A stretch of DNA of 63,916 nt, the filler included, from Lenisia limosa (Eukaryota > Protista > Breviatea), in assembly GCA_001655205.1 (NCBI GenBank). It is 11 parts of 11 records of this genome, joined end to end, with 100 filler letters (N's around TTAATTAATTAA, not from the genome) between each part and the next. Parts side by side here need not be neighbours in the genome. Positions count along the whole stretch, not along the records: positions 21,918 to 39,805 come from LPNZ01006315.1; positions 39,906 to 43,560 come from LPNZ01004650.1; 9 more parts are not named here. One strand, written 5' to 3'. The position numbers were made by a program, and so were the translations under genes. The notes below the pieces were generated by a model. It ran no database searches, was not told where the DNA came from, and worked only from the letters and a program-made list of their open reading frames with translations. Shown here piece after piece: positions 27,346 to 40,277 of the stretch (position 1 is the stretch's first letter; the number at the start of each line of letters is the position of its first letter).

Positions 27346-29139
27346 GTTTGAGCTATCATTGATTTTTCGAGATCAATCAAGCCCCATTCAGAATTTTGTG
27401 ATATACCACGGCGCATCTCCTCAGTATTTGGAATTCCCGGAAATCTTCGGCATTCTAATAATGATTTTGGAAATCAACTCGTAATATTCCCAATTAATTG
27501 TCCCTTAATGTAAATAATTTTAAATTGAAGTGATAGACAAGTAGGGGCACCAAAAGTGAGAAATTGATTTTTCCGAGTTTTAATATAATTATATCAATCG
27601 ATAAATGGGTTTCATATGTGATTAAAATAGAGAAAATTTCCACAAGATAAACTATAGCCTACGAGTAAATAATAAAATGAGCATATTTCTCACGAAAATC
27701 TGGTTAATAAAAAGGAGATTGAGTAAATGTGTGTAAAACTGATTCACAATTAAAATTTTAACTTGGGCTGCTTATAACATATTGATAATAGCATTTATCG
27801 TGAAATTTACCCTTTATGAATCGAAGAAGACACTAATTATAAATAACATTACGTTCACAATTTCAGCTATAACACCCCCTTCTTTAGGTTAGTGCCAATT
27901 TTACAGAGTACTTCAATACCCACGATGCCAACCCTTTCTGCAAGCCTCATATTGAGCCAACTGGTAACCGAACCTGCCTAAATATTACGGAAATTGTCAA
28001 TTCCGTCGCGTATGAGGGGGGATTGGTTCTTGAATAATAAATTATCACATTTACTTTATATATAATTTACAAAATACAGCTACATAACTACGACTGATAA
28101 ATCCCTGAGAAATTCACAACTTTATATTTCAAGATGACCCTGTAGGAAAGATCCCTCTGAGTTCCTCAAGTTCACAATTGACCTCAGTGATGTACTTACT
28201 GGTAAGTCACCCACACAAACAGCGTAGTATATAAGCATGTCCTGTTCAACATAAACTCTCACAAAATAACAGCTTACAATACTGTTTGACCTAAGGGCGC
28301 GATTTATAAATTTTTTGAGAGGCGGTGTTTGTGGCGATATTTTCCTTGGTATTCATGAAGAAAGCTGGAGAACTTGGAGATGAAAATACTAAAACCGTTT
28401 GCTGGTAAAACTTTATTTGAATGAAATTTCATCAAAATTTTTATTTATCAATCGCTCATTTAAAAATTAATACTATTTGTAGCTTAAAAATTTAAAACCC
28501 ATCGCGCTCTAAGTCCAATGCTGTGACCTTAGTTCTAACTAGGGCTCCGTGCAATTAATTGAAACAATAATTGAAAAACTTGAATTTCACATACTGTCAT
28601 GTAAACTCAATTTTTGGCACTTTAATTTCTAGTTTTGTCGATTAATTTTTAAATTTGGCTTCTATATTCTTGAATTCAATTGATGATTTATGCTATTCAG
28701 TTGTGCCCAGTGAAATTCATAAACATTTAGACGGAGTATATGAGTTAGCGATGGGGGCACTTGAATGCTGCTATTAATTATGATATTGTAATTGTAATTC
28801 TTAATTTGCACATAATTTAGTTCTTAACTCAGAGATATACAATATTGTAATTTTTCTGATGTCTGAGATTTGTTTTGATTATAATTGAGACAATGAGCAT
28901 TTTACTTATTCTAATTAACCAGCTTTGACTTAGAGTGATATTAGGTCTTCGTGTAATGAACTTGTCAATTCATTGTATGAGTTCTAATTGATACATAGAT
29001 ATATAATATGTATGAGGAAATTTACTCTAAACAATAAGTAATATATAGTGGAAAATAGAAACTGCCAATCTTACAAATTAGGAAATTCAGCCAAATATTC
29101 AATTTCTATGGAAAACAATTAATATTGTAGGAAAACCAT

Positions 29140-30190
29140 TGATTTCTTGATATTCGACAAAACAAACCTCGAGGCAATCTACGACACAATTATTCCCTTT
29201 CAAATGACCATTGATGTGTGCGACAAAATGGAATTCACAGCTCGGACCCAACTAAGGTAAACCTTTATTATATTGTATAGAGATGAAAAATAATTCAAGA
29301 TTATATAACCGTCGCCATCCACACCATTTGGATACATTCAAATCCATAGTTAACAAAATGTTTAGCAACTCATCATACCAGACTGTCGTATCGAAACCCC
29401 CCATCAAAAGTTGAAATTGAGCCAAACCATATCTTCACAGTCTTTGATGAGGAATATATCCTTAGTAACAATGTGGCAAATGTCGTGGCCTTCCATATTG
29501 ATCGTGAGTTTTTATGGACTTTACAGTACCGTACATTTCATATGAAGTGACTGAGATAAGTCATGACCGATTTGCTCTGGGTTTTTCCTTAAACATTAGT
29601 CAAAATTTATCCGGTTACTGCATGTACATTGTTGAAACCGTCGCAGTATATTAGTATCTAGGCCAATTGTTTAAAATAAAATGCAACCGCGAAAATATCT
29701 AAAAAAAGTATTTCTATAATAAGAATAAATTGTGAGTAACAAATACAACAATAAAACTTGCTTTCATCAATCTAGATGTTACCCCTCTTGAACCAGGAAA
29801 CTGTTTCCTCGAAATTACCACGAAAAACGGCGATATTATCTCGGAATGGGCACATCTCAACTTCACTATTCCAGCATTGGACGATTCAAATGAGGTAAGG
29901 GGGTGCCGATTATCTTTGGTTCAACAATAGACTGAATTTGTTGATAAAAGCTGGATTTTTCTGATAATAATCAAATTTCTCGGAATGAATTGAAAATGTG
30001 CACACATAAAAGATTTTGATGTGCAAAACAAATATTACATCATGCATACGCGTTCCGCTAAACTGCAAATTAGCAACAGTATACGCATTATTTTAATTTC
30101 ACAAAATCAGTCTTCATTTATTCAGGATAGTACCAACTTTCTTCTGATACTTTCCGTGTTTGTGCTGATACCCATTTTGTTATTGGGTAG
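29140..30190 (+). CDS. Exons encoding an FN3-like strand set followed by a transmembrane helix
   Basis: DVTPLEPGNCFLEITTKNGDIISEWAHLNFTIP then DSTNFLLILSVFVLIPILLL, each with canonical splice sites. May be the same gene as the BMP exons. Confidence 0.45.
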
Positions 30191-30955
30191 GATTGGGAAA
30201 TTTTACCCCGACAGTAGTGTATAAACCCATAGAAATCCTCCAATGGAGAAATATTACAATTAATCTAAGAAATTTTGACTAATTATAGATAGTATTCAGA
30301 ATTCAGAAATATAAAAAGTTCGGATAATAGAAGAGTTGATAAGTAATATGAAAATTTTAGAAATTACAGTTAAATTCTTATACTGTTACAGTATTACCGA
30401 AAACGCCATGTTCCTTCACATTTCTGACAATCAGCATTCCCTGTATTTAGAATTTTGAAGAAGATCCATGGCACTAAGACCATTATTAATCAATTACAGT
30501 ACATTAATGTAAGCCGGGTAACAAATTTACATCGTTTTATGTTATCAAAGCGTAGGTTTTAAATAATATTTGAAAAGGTTTCAATTTTACTGTATATTTT
30601 TGAAGTTGATTACGATGCCTGCGGTAGTTATTAAAAAATTAGTTTGAAAATTCCAAATTGCATACTTACAAGAAACTTCCATTTCAAACACATGAACGTC
30701 ATGAAGTAGCAAGTACTTTTTGGACAAATGACAATTTTGATAATTTTCTTATTGTGTTTATCATCTTGCTGGTCCGAATATTCTGTTGAATATCATGTCT
30801 AAGTGCAATAATTTGTTGAGGTAATTGCCAAAATTTGAAATCAACGTGTCTGAAATTGAGTTTACATCACAATATGCCATACTTGAAGTTTTCCATTTAT
30901 TGTTAAATAATTACACAGTCAGTATATACTCTTGTTTTCATTAACTTCAGACGTC

Positions 30956-33900
30956 AAGCAAAACACGTGGAGGTGTGTCAAACTATCACGCATGTATAAA
31001 TGAACTTGACCAGCTAAGACAGGTATATAGTACACAAAAGCACATTAGTTTGAAATTCTTATAAAAAATTTGGGAATCCATAAATTCTTTCAAATTTTTA
31101 TTTAACAAATATGGGATTCAGTTGTTAATATTAGTAATTCCCCTTTTCATAAGTTTCCAAAGTCTACTTTATAGTGTCTTTAAATAAAAATTAACACTTG
31201 GAACACATTATGAAATACAATTATTAATATTTTAGGATATACTAAGATAATATGTGTGTTTCTTTAAATACCTAAATGAGTAGTATATATCATGATTGTG
31301 AATAAGGATATATCATATTCATCTCCTTGTTTTTTTTATTTGTTGCTAACATGTTAGTTGCTGTCTATTGGCGGAGTATCGAAGGCACTTAACCGCTCAA
31401 CCTATGGCTCTCTTGCCTCTGTCATCACAAGTAAGTAGATTATTTGGCCTAAAATAAGATATATAAAAGTATCAAAATACTTGTCTTTCTATTACCCAAA
31501 GTGATATCCAAATCGCTTGATATCCCAAAAATAAGACAAGCAGCAACTGTGTTAATAAAATATCATCAACAATAGTCACCCAAACTATGTTGTTGACAAC
31601 TTAATACCCCTGTTTTAGTACACTTTCCCTTGAAAATATTATACTTCGGTCCAAAAACACCCGATAAACTTCGTTATCTTACCTGTCTGTGTTTTTGAGC
31701 ATATGGCACATTAAACTTCCATTCTCTTAATCCAATATAGCAGCTTTTTACATATTATATATGATAAGATATACTTATATTATATTTCATATTATACACA
31801 TATTTTATAATATGAGAAAAATGAGTGTTTTATCTCATATGAAAATATAATACGATTTTACCATATGTAGAATAAAAAATATGATTATATTGTATATTGC
31901 ATATTATATGTGTATTAATATAGTATTTAAGATATAGCTGTAATGTATTTAGGACTGTCGCGAGTTGATGAAATTGCTGTACTTGATGAAACATCCAAAG
32001 GTAATAATATGATTAAACAATAGTTTCATTCCTTTTTATCGCCATCATTTACCGTTTTTAATGATTTTCTATGTATATTATCACCATTAATGATCATTCA
32101 GAAACCCTCAATGTTAAGCTGTTTATCTCGGATGAAGAAGTAAATAAGTCAAGAGTTATTACAACCTCGTCTGATAAGGTATGAACGGCTTTACCACATT
32201 ACAGCGCATAAAGTTGGGTTTTCCATCTACATTTTAGAATTGCCAACTTATTCCTAGTAATTTCAAAGTTAATACACCATAATAAACAATTATTTCTGTA
32301 TAAATTTGAATAAGTTCTGGTATTGAAAATATTAATTTTGCGATTATGAAAATATAATGAATTAACATATCTATATTTACAGTTTCAGTATTCTTGAATC
32401 CCAAGGGAGTCCTAATTATTAGCCATTCACCACAACCTCTAGAATGTAAAAATAACAGAATAAATTGTGATGTTTGGTCATGAAATTGCCCTATTGGGGG
32501 ATTACAAACCCAATTCACATTACCAGTCGGACACTCTTCTCAGCACAATGCCGCTTGAATATCCGCTCTGGTGGTACCCAAAGCCCGATTTAAACAAGGC
32601 AGTCCCGCGACTACCCGTAGAAATCCCCGAGTAAGCTTGGCTCTAGGAGGAGTGTAAGCACTATGGTCATAATATTGATTTGATATCATATTTGTTTTTT
32701 GATAAATGTATGCATGATAAACCAAAAGAACTTTATTGTATATTTTAGCAGTGGCTAAGTGAAAATTGCCCGTTAGAAAAACTACATGATACCCATATCG
32801 ATATATATTGACTGTTCATAACTTGGACTACTCTAGGCTTATCTAATTGTTGTTCTGCATTTGGAAATCAGATAAATTACGTCCGATTTCTATAATCACA
32901 AGCTGTTTACACAGAGTTATAAGGCAAATGACTGGGAAAATTAATATTCTTATAAGCGTAATGTTGTGAACTGCTTCGGCCAGATACAACCTTGTTTTTT
33001 ATTTCTCATTGCTATTTATCACAATGGTTACCAATGTTAACAAGTTGATACGCCGAGTATATCTTACCGTAAATGTCGGGATCATTGATTCATTTTTAAT
33101 GATTCCTCTAAATGGTAATCTTGATTCTTATTAAGCAATCTTTCAATATAACAATACAGCTATTTATTGAATTACTATTTCATATTATTTAAAGACATAA
33201 CTCATGATCTTGAATCAAATTTATACATTCTATATCAAATAAAATGCATACATGTATATTTTTCTTCAATAACAATTTAGTCCCCCATTTAGGCTGGTTT
33301 CCTTTATCGACGCTGCAACCAGGTAAGTCTCTTCATCTCTGTTGCCGTAAACTTCATAATTAACAACTACATCAATACATCACTCTCACTTTCACTAATA
33401 TCTTCCCAAATGACATCAAAAGTCTTCCCCAAATCCAACCATACCCCGTGTCTTAAATTCAGTGAACATTTTTGAGGTTATCTGTTAGTATTAATTTATA
33501 CTCAATTTATCTTATTAACGCTTATTTTACAAACAGAACAGTTTTTTAACATTCCCAGGGTATCGTATTCAATTCAGAAAGTTGTTGCTGAACCATGGTG
33601 TACCTTTGACCCGATTGCGCTCGATCTTTTGGATCCTGGTATGCAGTGTTTCATTTTCTTTTGTTTAGTATTACAGCCCCATAATTTCTATATAAATTTT
33701 CAAATAGTTACATGGAATTTCCATGGAAATAATGTAAATACCAACTGTTTAATAAGAATACCAAGTCAATTCTCGGGAATAAAGCGAAACATTTTCCACT
33801 GAGGATGAATTATACAGTTGACAAATATTAAAAAATGTGACTTCCATAAACACAAAATAAACAATGCATTCTCAATACTATGTGAAATAAATGATTAAAT

Positions 33901-34376
33901 ATGTATTATTTCTATTATATTACATGATATATATAGTATAAGACATATGTTTACATTCCTATCTGATAATATTGACATTGTGTAATGTTTTTGACAAATC
34001 TACAAGACATAATACTTGAATGTGAGCTACTTGTCATAAATTCAACAGGTAACACATTGCTCCACACAGTCTCTTACCTGCTGCATGACTTCGATTGTCC
34101 AATCCGCGACCTAGTGATCGGTGAAAAATTCATGTATGTTACTTTTCATAGTATCAAAATATTGAGAACATTTCATTTATGATTGAAATAGTTGGACATT
34201 TTCATTTTAAATGTTACGATATCGTTATCAAATATCATACGGTGACAGTTTAGTGTATTTTGCTGCTTGACAAGATTTTAGTTCAGGAAAAATTCTTACT
34301 TGGTGTTAGATATTGGAAAATGATAGTATGACTTCGATTGACCAAACCGTGACCTGTGATGGTGATAAGTTCATGT
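30956..34376 (+). CDS. Scattered small exons, probable cytoplasmic part of the same receptor-like gene
   Basis: Open AG/GT-bounded exons (YHACINELDQLRQ; PLEYPLWWYPKP; GNTLLHTVSYLLH, weakly ankyrin-like) ending ...CDGDKFM*. Confidence 0.3.
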
Positions 34377-35376
34377 AATCAATTTATGGTTATTAAATAT
34401 AGTAAAGATAATTTCTATATGCATATTTAGATGAATATATTGATACAGTTTCAATTAAACTGGTAAGATGCCAATATCAAATACATATTAATGATGAGAG
34501 TTGGGAATGCTGCACAGGATATATTGTTTTGAGGGAAATTTGTATTTGTTGATAATTATTGATAATGGTAAATATGACTTAGACTGTCTAATTGATGATC
34601 TTGTGATCGTTGACAAGTTCAGGTATGGTAATTTCATGGTTTTTCAAGAGAAAAATTCATGCCATATTCCACCAATGTCCGATAATTTCAATTTTTTTAA
34701 TCTCATATTTTACAATCTAAGTGTTTAACTTCTATTTTTCACCTAAATCAGATAACAAATCAGACTCGAGTGGTAATCCCATTGATTAATTTATCAGGAA
34801 ATGGGTGCACGTGGTGTCACACTGCTACTTTGATTTGCCATACCACAACTCCCTCCTTACCAGCTTGGTATGCTCAGATATTCTTACATCTGAAGAAAAG
34901 TCTCTAATTCTCTTTTGGATTTTCAAGTTAATGCGCTGTGTTTTGTAACATACATTCTTCAAAACCTCAAATTAATCTTCCAGGCGTTAAAGTGTTTAAG
35001 TGAACTCCTTGTACTTGACGGCAAGTTAAAGGGATTAGATAATCTATTTTAAAAACCCAAAAACTGTTCATGACATTTTGAAAGATATTCATTTTTCCTT
35101 GCCTAATCAAAGCTTCTTATTAAACTTTGTACTTGTATGTTTCTTATTCTTTGATTTTTCACGATTGAGTCTTCACTCCAGTGAAAATATGATCGGTAAA
35201 GTATCAATATATTAAGCTGATAATATCAAGAAACTTAGGCATTTCTGGATCGGAGCGAATCTTTATCACACTAACATTATTTTGTTTAGTAACCTGGAGC
35301 CTCTGGAAAAACTAGCCATCTTCGCAGCTACTACTGCAATGAGCGTTGGACATTTTGGGTAGGAATAAACGTTTTG

Positions 35377-35441
35377 AAGGGCTTCACTTCGGTTCGAAAA
35401 AGCCCCGTAAAATATCGATAAAAATCCGAAGTGAAGCCCTA
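35377..35441. mobile_element. Internally deleted MITE family A copy
   Basis: AGGGCTTCACTTCGG...CCGAAGTGAAGCCCT perfect inverted termini only 65 bp apart. Confidence 0.75.
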
Positions 35442-36627
35442 GATAAACGATAATAATGTGTTGAGGCGATTCTGCTATGCACCCCAGAACAAATACTATG
35501 TCCCTTTCACTAGTTGTTTTGGTATTATAACGAAGACTTCATTTTGTTCGAAATAAATGAATTTTTCTATATGTTTACGATATTTTGTGATAATTTATTG
35601 ATCTTTTTCCACCGAAGTGAAGCCCTAATTCTAATGGACGTGTAGCTTCAACAGCGATACCACTAAGCATCCATCCCAATTTGAGTACTTTGGTCACTCG
35701 GTGAGATCATGAATAATTTGTATTTTTGTCTTCATTTTACCTGTTCTTAAAGCTATTTTGAACAAAAGAAAGAATAGGTGGATACACTAATAGCAGGTCT
35801 CCAAAGCTTTTTATATAAAATATGGGAATTGGGAACTCCAAATATTTCACAAGAATCCCAGGGCAATAGGCCAGTAGCCAACTATTTCTTCTTGACATTC
35901 TCATAGAATATGAGAAAGGCAATATTATGACAGTTTTAGGTTATGCAAATGTACAGTGCAAGCCAGGCAATCAAACTTCTGAGAATTGAAGAACTGCATT
36001 TTCTCGTGCCTTCTATAGACTGGTATGCTATCAAATTGTTTAAAAGACTTGAATATTTCGTAGCTTCTTGAAACTCTTAATGTGCGTTGTTATCAAGTTC
36101 TTAAATGGTTATAGGGTTATTTACTGCTATTTTGATGCTATGTCTTTGTCTTTCTATAAACAATCTTTGAAGCCAACCTAATTTTCTATTATCAGTCGTT
36201 TTGAAGCCATCCTAATTTTCTATTATCAGTCACTTTTTAGCAATCTTAACTATCTAGGCTTGCGTTCCGTGACCTTTTTGTAAAAATTATCCTTGCCTCC
36301 GATATGCACCACCACTTCAAATACGCGTCTATTTTGGGAAATAAAGGTGGGAACAATTATATAGAAATTGTTGCGTTGCTTTTTAACAGTACTTTCCATT
36401 TCAAATACGCTCAATCTATGGCAATAAAACTCACTGTTGCATTTATATTTACCGCTTATTTTATCGAAACTCATTACGTACTATAAAAGTTATAAAAGCA
36501 GTCCTATTTCTTCCATTCAGCTCCCAAAGTGTAACTATCAGACTTGTTGGACTCTTCCTCAAAACTTTGCATCTTCATGAAGGTTGTTTCTATGAGGTTG
36601 GGAAATGTGATATATTTTACTGGATAT

Positions 36628-36830
36628 ATAGCAAAGAGAAAAAAAAAATAAGGCTGTATCTGGCTGAAACCGCCCACACCACCACGCCTATACAAGATAT
36701 TGGATAATAGTATAATATTTATTCACCCAATCTTTGCCTGTGTACACAGCTTTCTGCCTCCCCAGCATATTATTTCACCTCATTTGCCTTATAACTCTGC
36801 GCACACAGCTTTCTGCGTGCCTCTAAATTT
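36628..36830 (+). repeat. Repeat family B, longest copy
   Basis: Colinear with 5551-5710. The 3' CACAGCTTTCTG motif is duplicated. Confidence 0.75.
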
Positions 36831-37432
36831 TTAGATAGTAACAATTACAAAGATAATCTTTCCTTGTGTTATTCATCAGATGGTAGTTCATATCTGACTG
36901 TTGATGGGATATTTCTTAAACATTTTTACACTTTAACTATTTAGAATTTATATACTTGTAATAATATACAAAACCTAGAATTCTAATATACAGACACAAT
37001 ATGATTTCTCTTATTCAAAAAACAATCCTCAGATAACACGACGTTTAGTGTGATGTTTCGGCACGATACCCAGTTTTGGGTTGATGCATACCACGAGGAA
37101 GTAGCGAAATATGTTGGTTTGGAGTGAGGGCTTCATTTCGTTCCAAAAAAGACCGGTAAATTATCGAGTTTTCGACAATTTATCGGTAAATTCAGTAGTC
37201 TTTTAGTAGGAAATATAGCACGTTGTGGTTTTTTTACAAGGAGTTTTCCTCAACAAAAAACTCTAATTAGCAAATAGTAACAAAAGAAAGTCAATCTCGA
37301 GAAACAACCTGAGGGGAAATTCGAATGGAAAACACTTGAATCGGGATTTCAATTTTCCAGTAGTTTTCCAGGATACAGTAATTTTTTTCAAAAAGTTGTT
37401 TCCATTCCAACTGTCAGGAACTCAAAACATCT

Positions 37433-37662
37433 CAGCACTTAGCTGTATTTAGCTCATTTTGTCTTAGCTATTTTTGGGTGTTTTAGAGCTAAATACAAAC
37501 CTGACGCTGTTTTAAAACGCTACGTACTATATTTAAGATTTGTATTAAGAGATAAAGAGAGGCAAAAGCCTCTTAGAGAGAAGAGAACAAAAAAGTAGTT
37601 AGCTTAAATATTTTGCTAAGTCACTGCGAAGTACAAAATGAGCTAAATACAGCTAAGTACTG
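37433..37662. mobile_element. 230-bp MITE-like element with 30-bp TIRs
   Basis: CAGCACTTAGCTGTATTTAGCTCATTTTGT ... ACAAAATGAGCTAAATACAGCTAAGTACTG (29/30 inverted match). No TSD found. Confidence 0.8.
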
Positions 37663-38740
37663 AATGCTACGGGCTCCAGCCAGGGTAGTTCATGAGTTAC
37701 AATTAATGTAGTGAGGTTGAAGAAACGTCAAATTAGATCTGGCGAAGACGCCTACATCACCATGCTTATTGGATTATAGAAGTGTATTAATTGAGCTCAT
37801 TTGTCGTTTTTAATATGTAAACATGGAAAAAAAGAGGTAAAATCTGAATTGGAGGAAGGAATTACTTCTAGACGGTAATAACAATTTGGGTTCCACTTCG
37901 GTTCGAAAATAAATTTCTAGATAACCTCAAAAACTATCCATATTTATCGATCTGTATGAAACCAGAGTGAAACATTAGTTACAATTTGCAGGACCCACCC
38001 TACAATGTCATAAAGCCCTGTCGCCAGGATCTCGAGTGGGGGGGGACTATTTTGATCTTTAGTTGGAGTGGAGGGTTACTGTCTTGATTTTATGTTTTTG
38101 CCAGAGCGGGCGCTGTCTTTAAATCTTGATGTGGAGCTGTTGTTCAAAACTGACATCTTTCTGAATTGAAACCAATTCATCTAGTATATCATATATTGAT
38201 ATGCAATGCTGCAAGAGTAGAAGGGACCCAGTTGATTGAATTGGAATATTGAAATAAATTTGAGGTGAGCCATATTCGGAATCATTTCAGACTCTTTAAT
38301 TTCAATTTCCAACTAATTTCTTCACAAATAAATTGCATTTAGCCCTACTTTCTCTCGAAATTAACACACCAGCTTGATCTTCTACCCGTTTATGGTGTCA
38401 TTCGAGAAGCAGTTCTCAAGTTTGAACATGTCTGAACAAGGTGCGGCAGGGCTTACCAGAATTTGAATTCTACACTACTGCGCATCGACTTGAAATTCAC
38501 ATGTTGTATTTGGGAATCCCATAAATTTCTTCAAATATGCAACGGAATTGCCATGGAAAATATGAGAATTCCCGTTTCCAAGAATCTCAAGTCTATGCGC
38601 GGTATAGTGTAATTCTGAAAATGCTTCATGGATTGATATAACAACGGAAGCGGACCGTGCTGGTTTTTGACCCGTCCAATAATAGTCGAGTCTGAATGGT
38701 CAAAAACCAGCACGGTGAGACCACTAGCCGTTCGGAATTA

Positions 38741-38870
38741 TATCGGAGTACGAACTTATTTTACATCACAGTACGAACTTATTTTCTCATCAATACTGTA
38801 TAATATAAGATGAATAATAGTGTCAAAAATAAGTTCGTGCTATGATGTAAAATAAGTTCGTACTCCGATG
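38741..38870. mobile_element. 130-bp TA-flanked MITE (Tc1/mariner-type)
   Basis: ~45-bp TIRs (ATCGGAGTACGAACTTATTTTACATCA.AG.ACGAACTTATTTT). TA at 38739-40 and 38871-72. Confidence 0.8.
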
Positions 38871-39907
38871 TATGAGGCCCAGACCTTGCTCCATGGATTC
38901 TAGCTAAAAAGAGGGTATTTTAATGACGAGAGAGAGTGAGTGTGTGTGTGAATGTGGATGGTAGTGATGTTGGCTGAATGCGTATATTGAAAAACGATAG
39001 ATTGGATAGGACTTACAAAACACCTGCTATTTAGTCAAAAACGCCCCTTGTTACATTTTCCATTCACTGTCGTCCAAAAACAAAAATGAGCTAACTCGAC
39101 ATGGAAGCTATGCATTGTTTTGAATGTAAACACTGAATCCACCTTTTTTATACCAATCTAATGCCGAAGTCACCATTCTTGCTTCTTAGTACTTACCCAT
39201 AAAGGTTTCAAGAATCTTACAGATCTCAAGTGGACAGCAGAAGATTTTATTTAGTTTTTGATATTCTAGGATATTGTAGGTTAATATAATGTAATTGGAG
39301 AGTTGGAGAAATTTGGAATCTTCGTGAATCTTAATCCAGATTTATTATTTGAATATTTTCCAATGAAAAGTGGACACTTTAATTTCTAATTTTGTCAATT
39401 AATTTCTTCAAAAAATCAATTGCACGGAGCCCTAATAACTATGTATTTATAAACCGTAAAGCTATTAGTATATTCTCAGTTTCTGGGTTGGCACCCTGCT
39501 TTAAAAACAAACAATTAATAATTATACAGTGAAATGCAACCAAAATTATCTTGAGAAAGCACCTTGTTGAAAACACACATTTAATGTACATCCATCCTTG
39601 AAAAAAACATCCAAACACACCAGACATAGACTCATGAAATCAGCCCCCACTCTATTTCTCTCTCCTCCTCTTCATCAAAACATCTTCTTCTTCTTCTTCT
39701 TCTTCTTCCCCTTCTTGCTTCTTGCTTATTTTCCCCTTCTTCTTCTTTTTCTTCACTCATCATCATCGCTACTTATCACTTCAATTGCGGCAGTTGCTCT
39801 ACCAGNNNNNNNNNNNNNNNNNNNNNNNNNNNNNNNNNNNNNNNNNNNNTTAATTAATTAANNNNNNNNNNNNNNNNNNNNNNNNNNNNNNNNNNNNNNN
39901 NNNNNAA

Positions 39908-40249
39908 AAATTATTTGCTCACTATTTAAAGAAAGGAGTTTCAACATTTTTAATATCCCAAAATTTTTCTAAGAGTGTTCCAAGTCAGAGCAGAACAAAT
40001 TATAATTACTTTATAACTTTTAACGTTCCAAAGAAGTCATCAGATAGTCAAGCAATAAATAAATTCATATTATCATCCTCTTTTGGTTTCAATGATAAAG
40101 CATCAAAATTAGTAGATGAAGTTAGTCAAAACCAATATGTCTTTGCTGTTTTTGATAGAGAGAATTTGACGGGGTTAAGAATTAAAGAGGTAGATGGTGT
40201 TGAAGAGAATTGTAGATGTAGACTTAAGTTTGATAAATTTATAAATTAA
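39908..40249 (+). CDS. A32/FtsK-like genome-packaging ATPase, C-terminal 113 aa (5' truncated; not in the ORF track)
   Basis: KLFAHYLKKGVSTFLISQNFSKSVPSQSRTNYNYFITFNVP...QYVFAVFD resembles the post-Walker-B region of Polinton ATPases (LF...H..S.I...QN...R.N..Y...F..P). Walker A/B lie outside the scaffold. Confidence 0.62.
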   Translation, partial: KLFAHYLKKGVSTFLISQNFSKSVPSQSRTNYNYFITFNVPKKSSDSQAINKFILSSSFGFNDKASKLVDEVSQNQYVFAVFDRENLTGLRIKEVDGVEENCRCRLKFDKFIN

Positions 40250-40277
40250 AACATAAATTTATTTTTCTCTTAAAAGA

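Noticed and set aside
39598-39861. Hydrophobic poly-F/L ORF
   Set aside because: A (TTC)n/pyrimidine microsatellite. The opposite strand looks like a gene end (IEVISSDDDE*) plus 3' UTR.
39806-39905. Apparent integration of the viral module between host genes
   Set aside because: Both sides are artificial TTAATTAATTAA linkers, so the adjacency is not biological.
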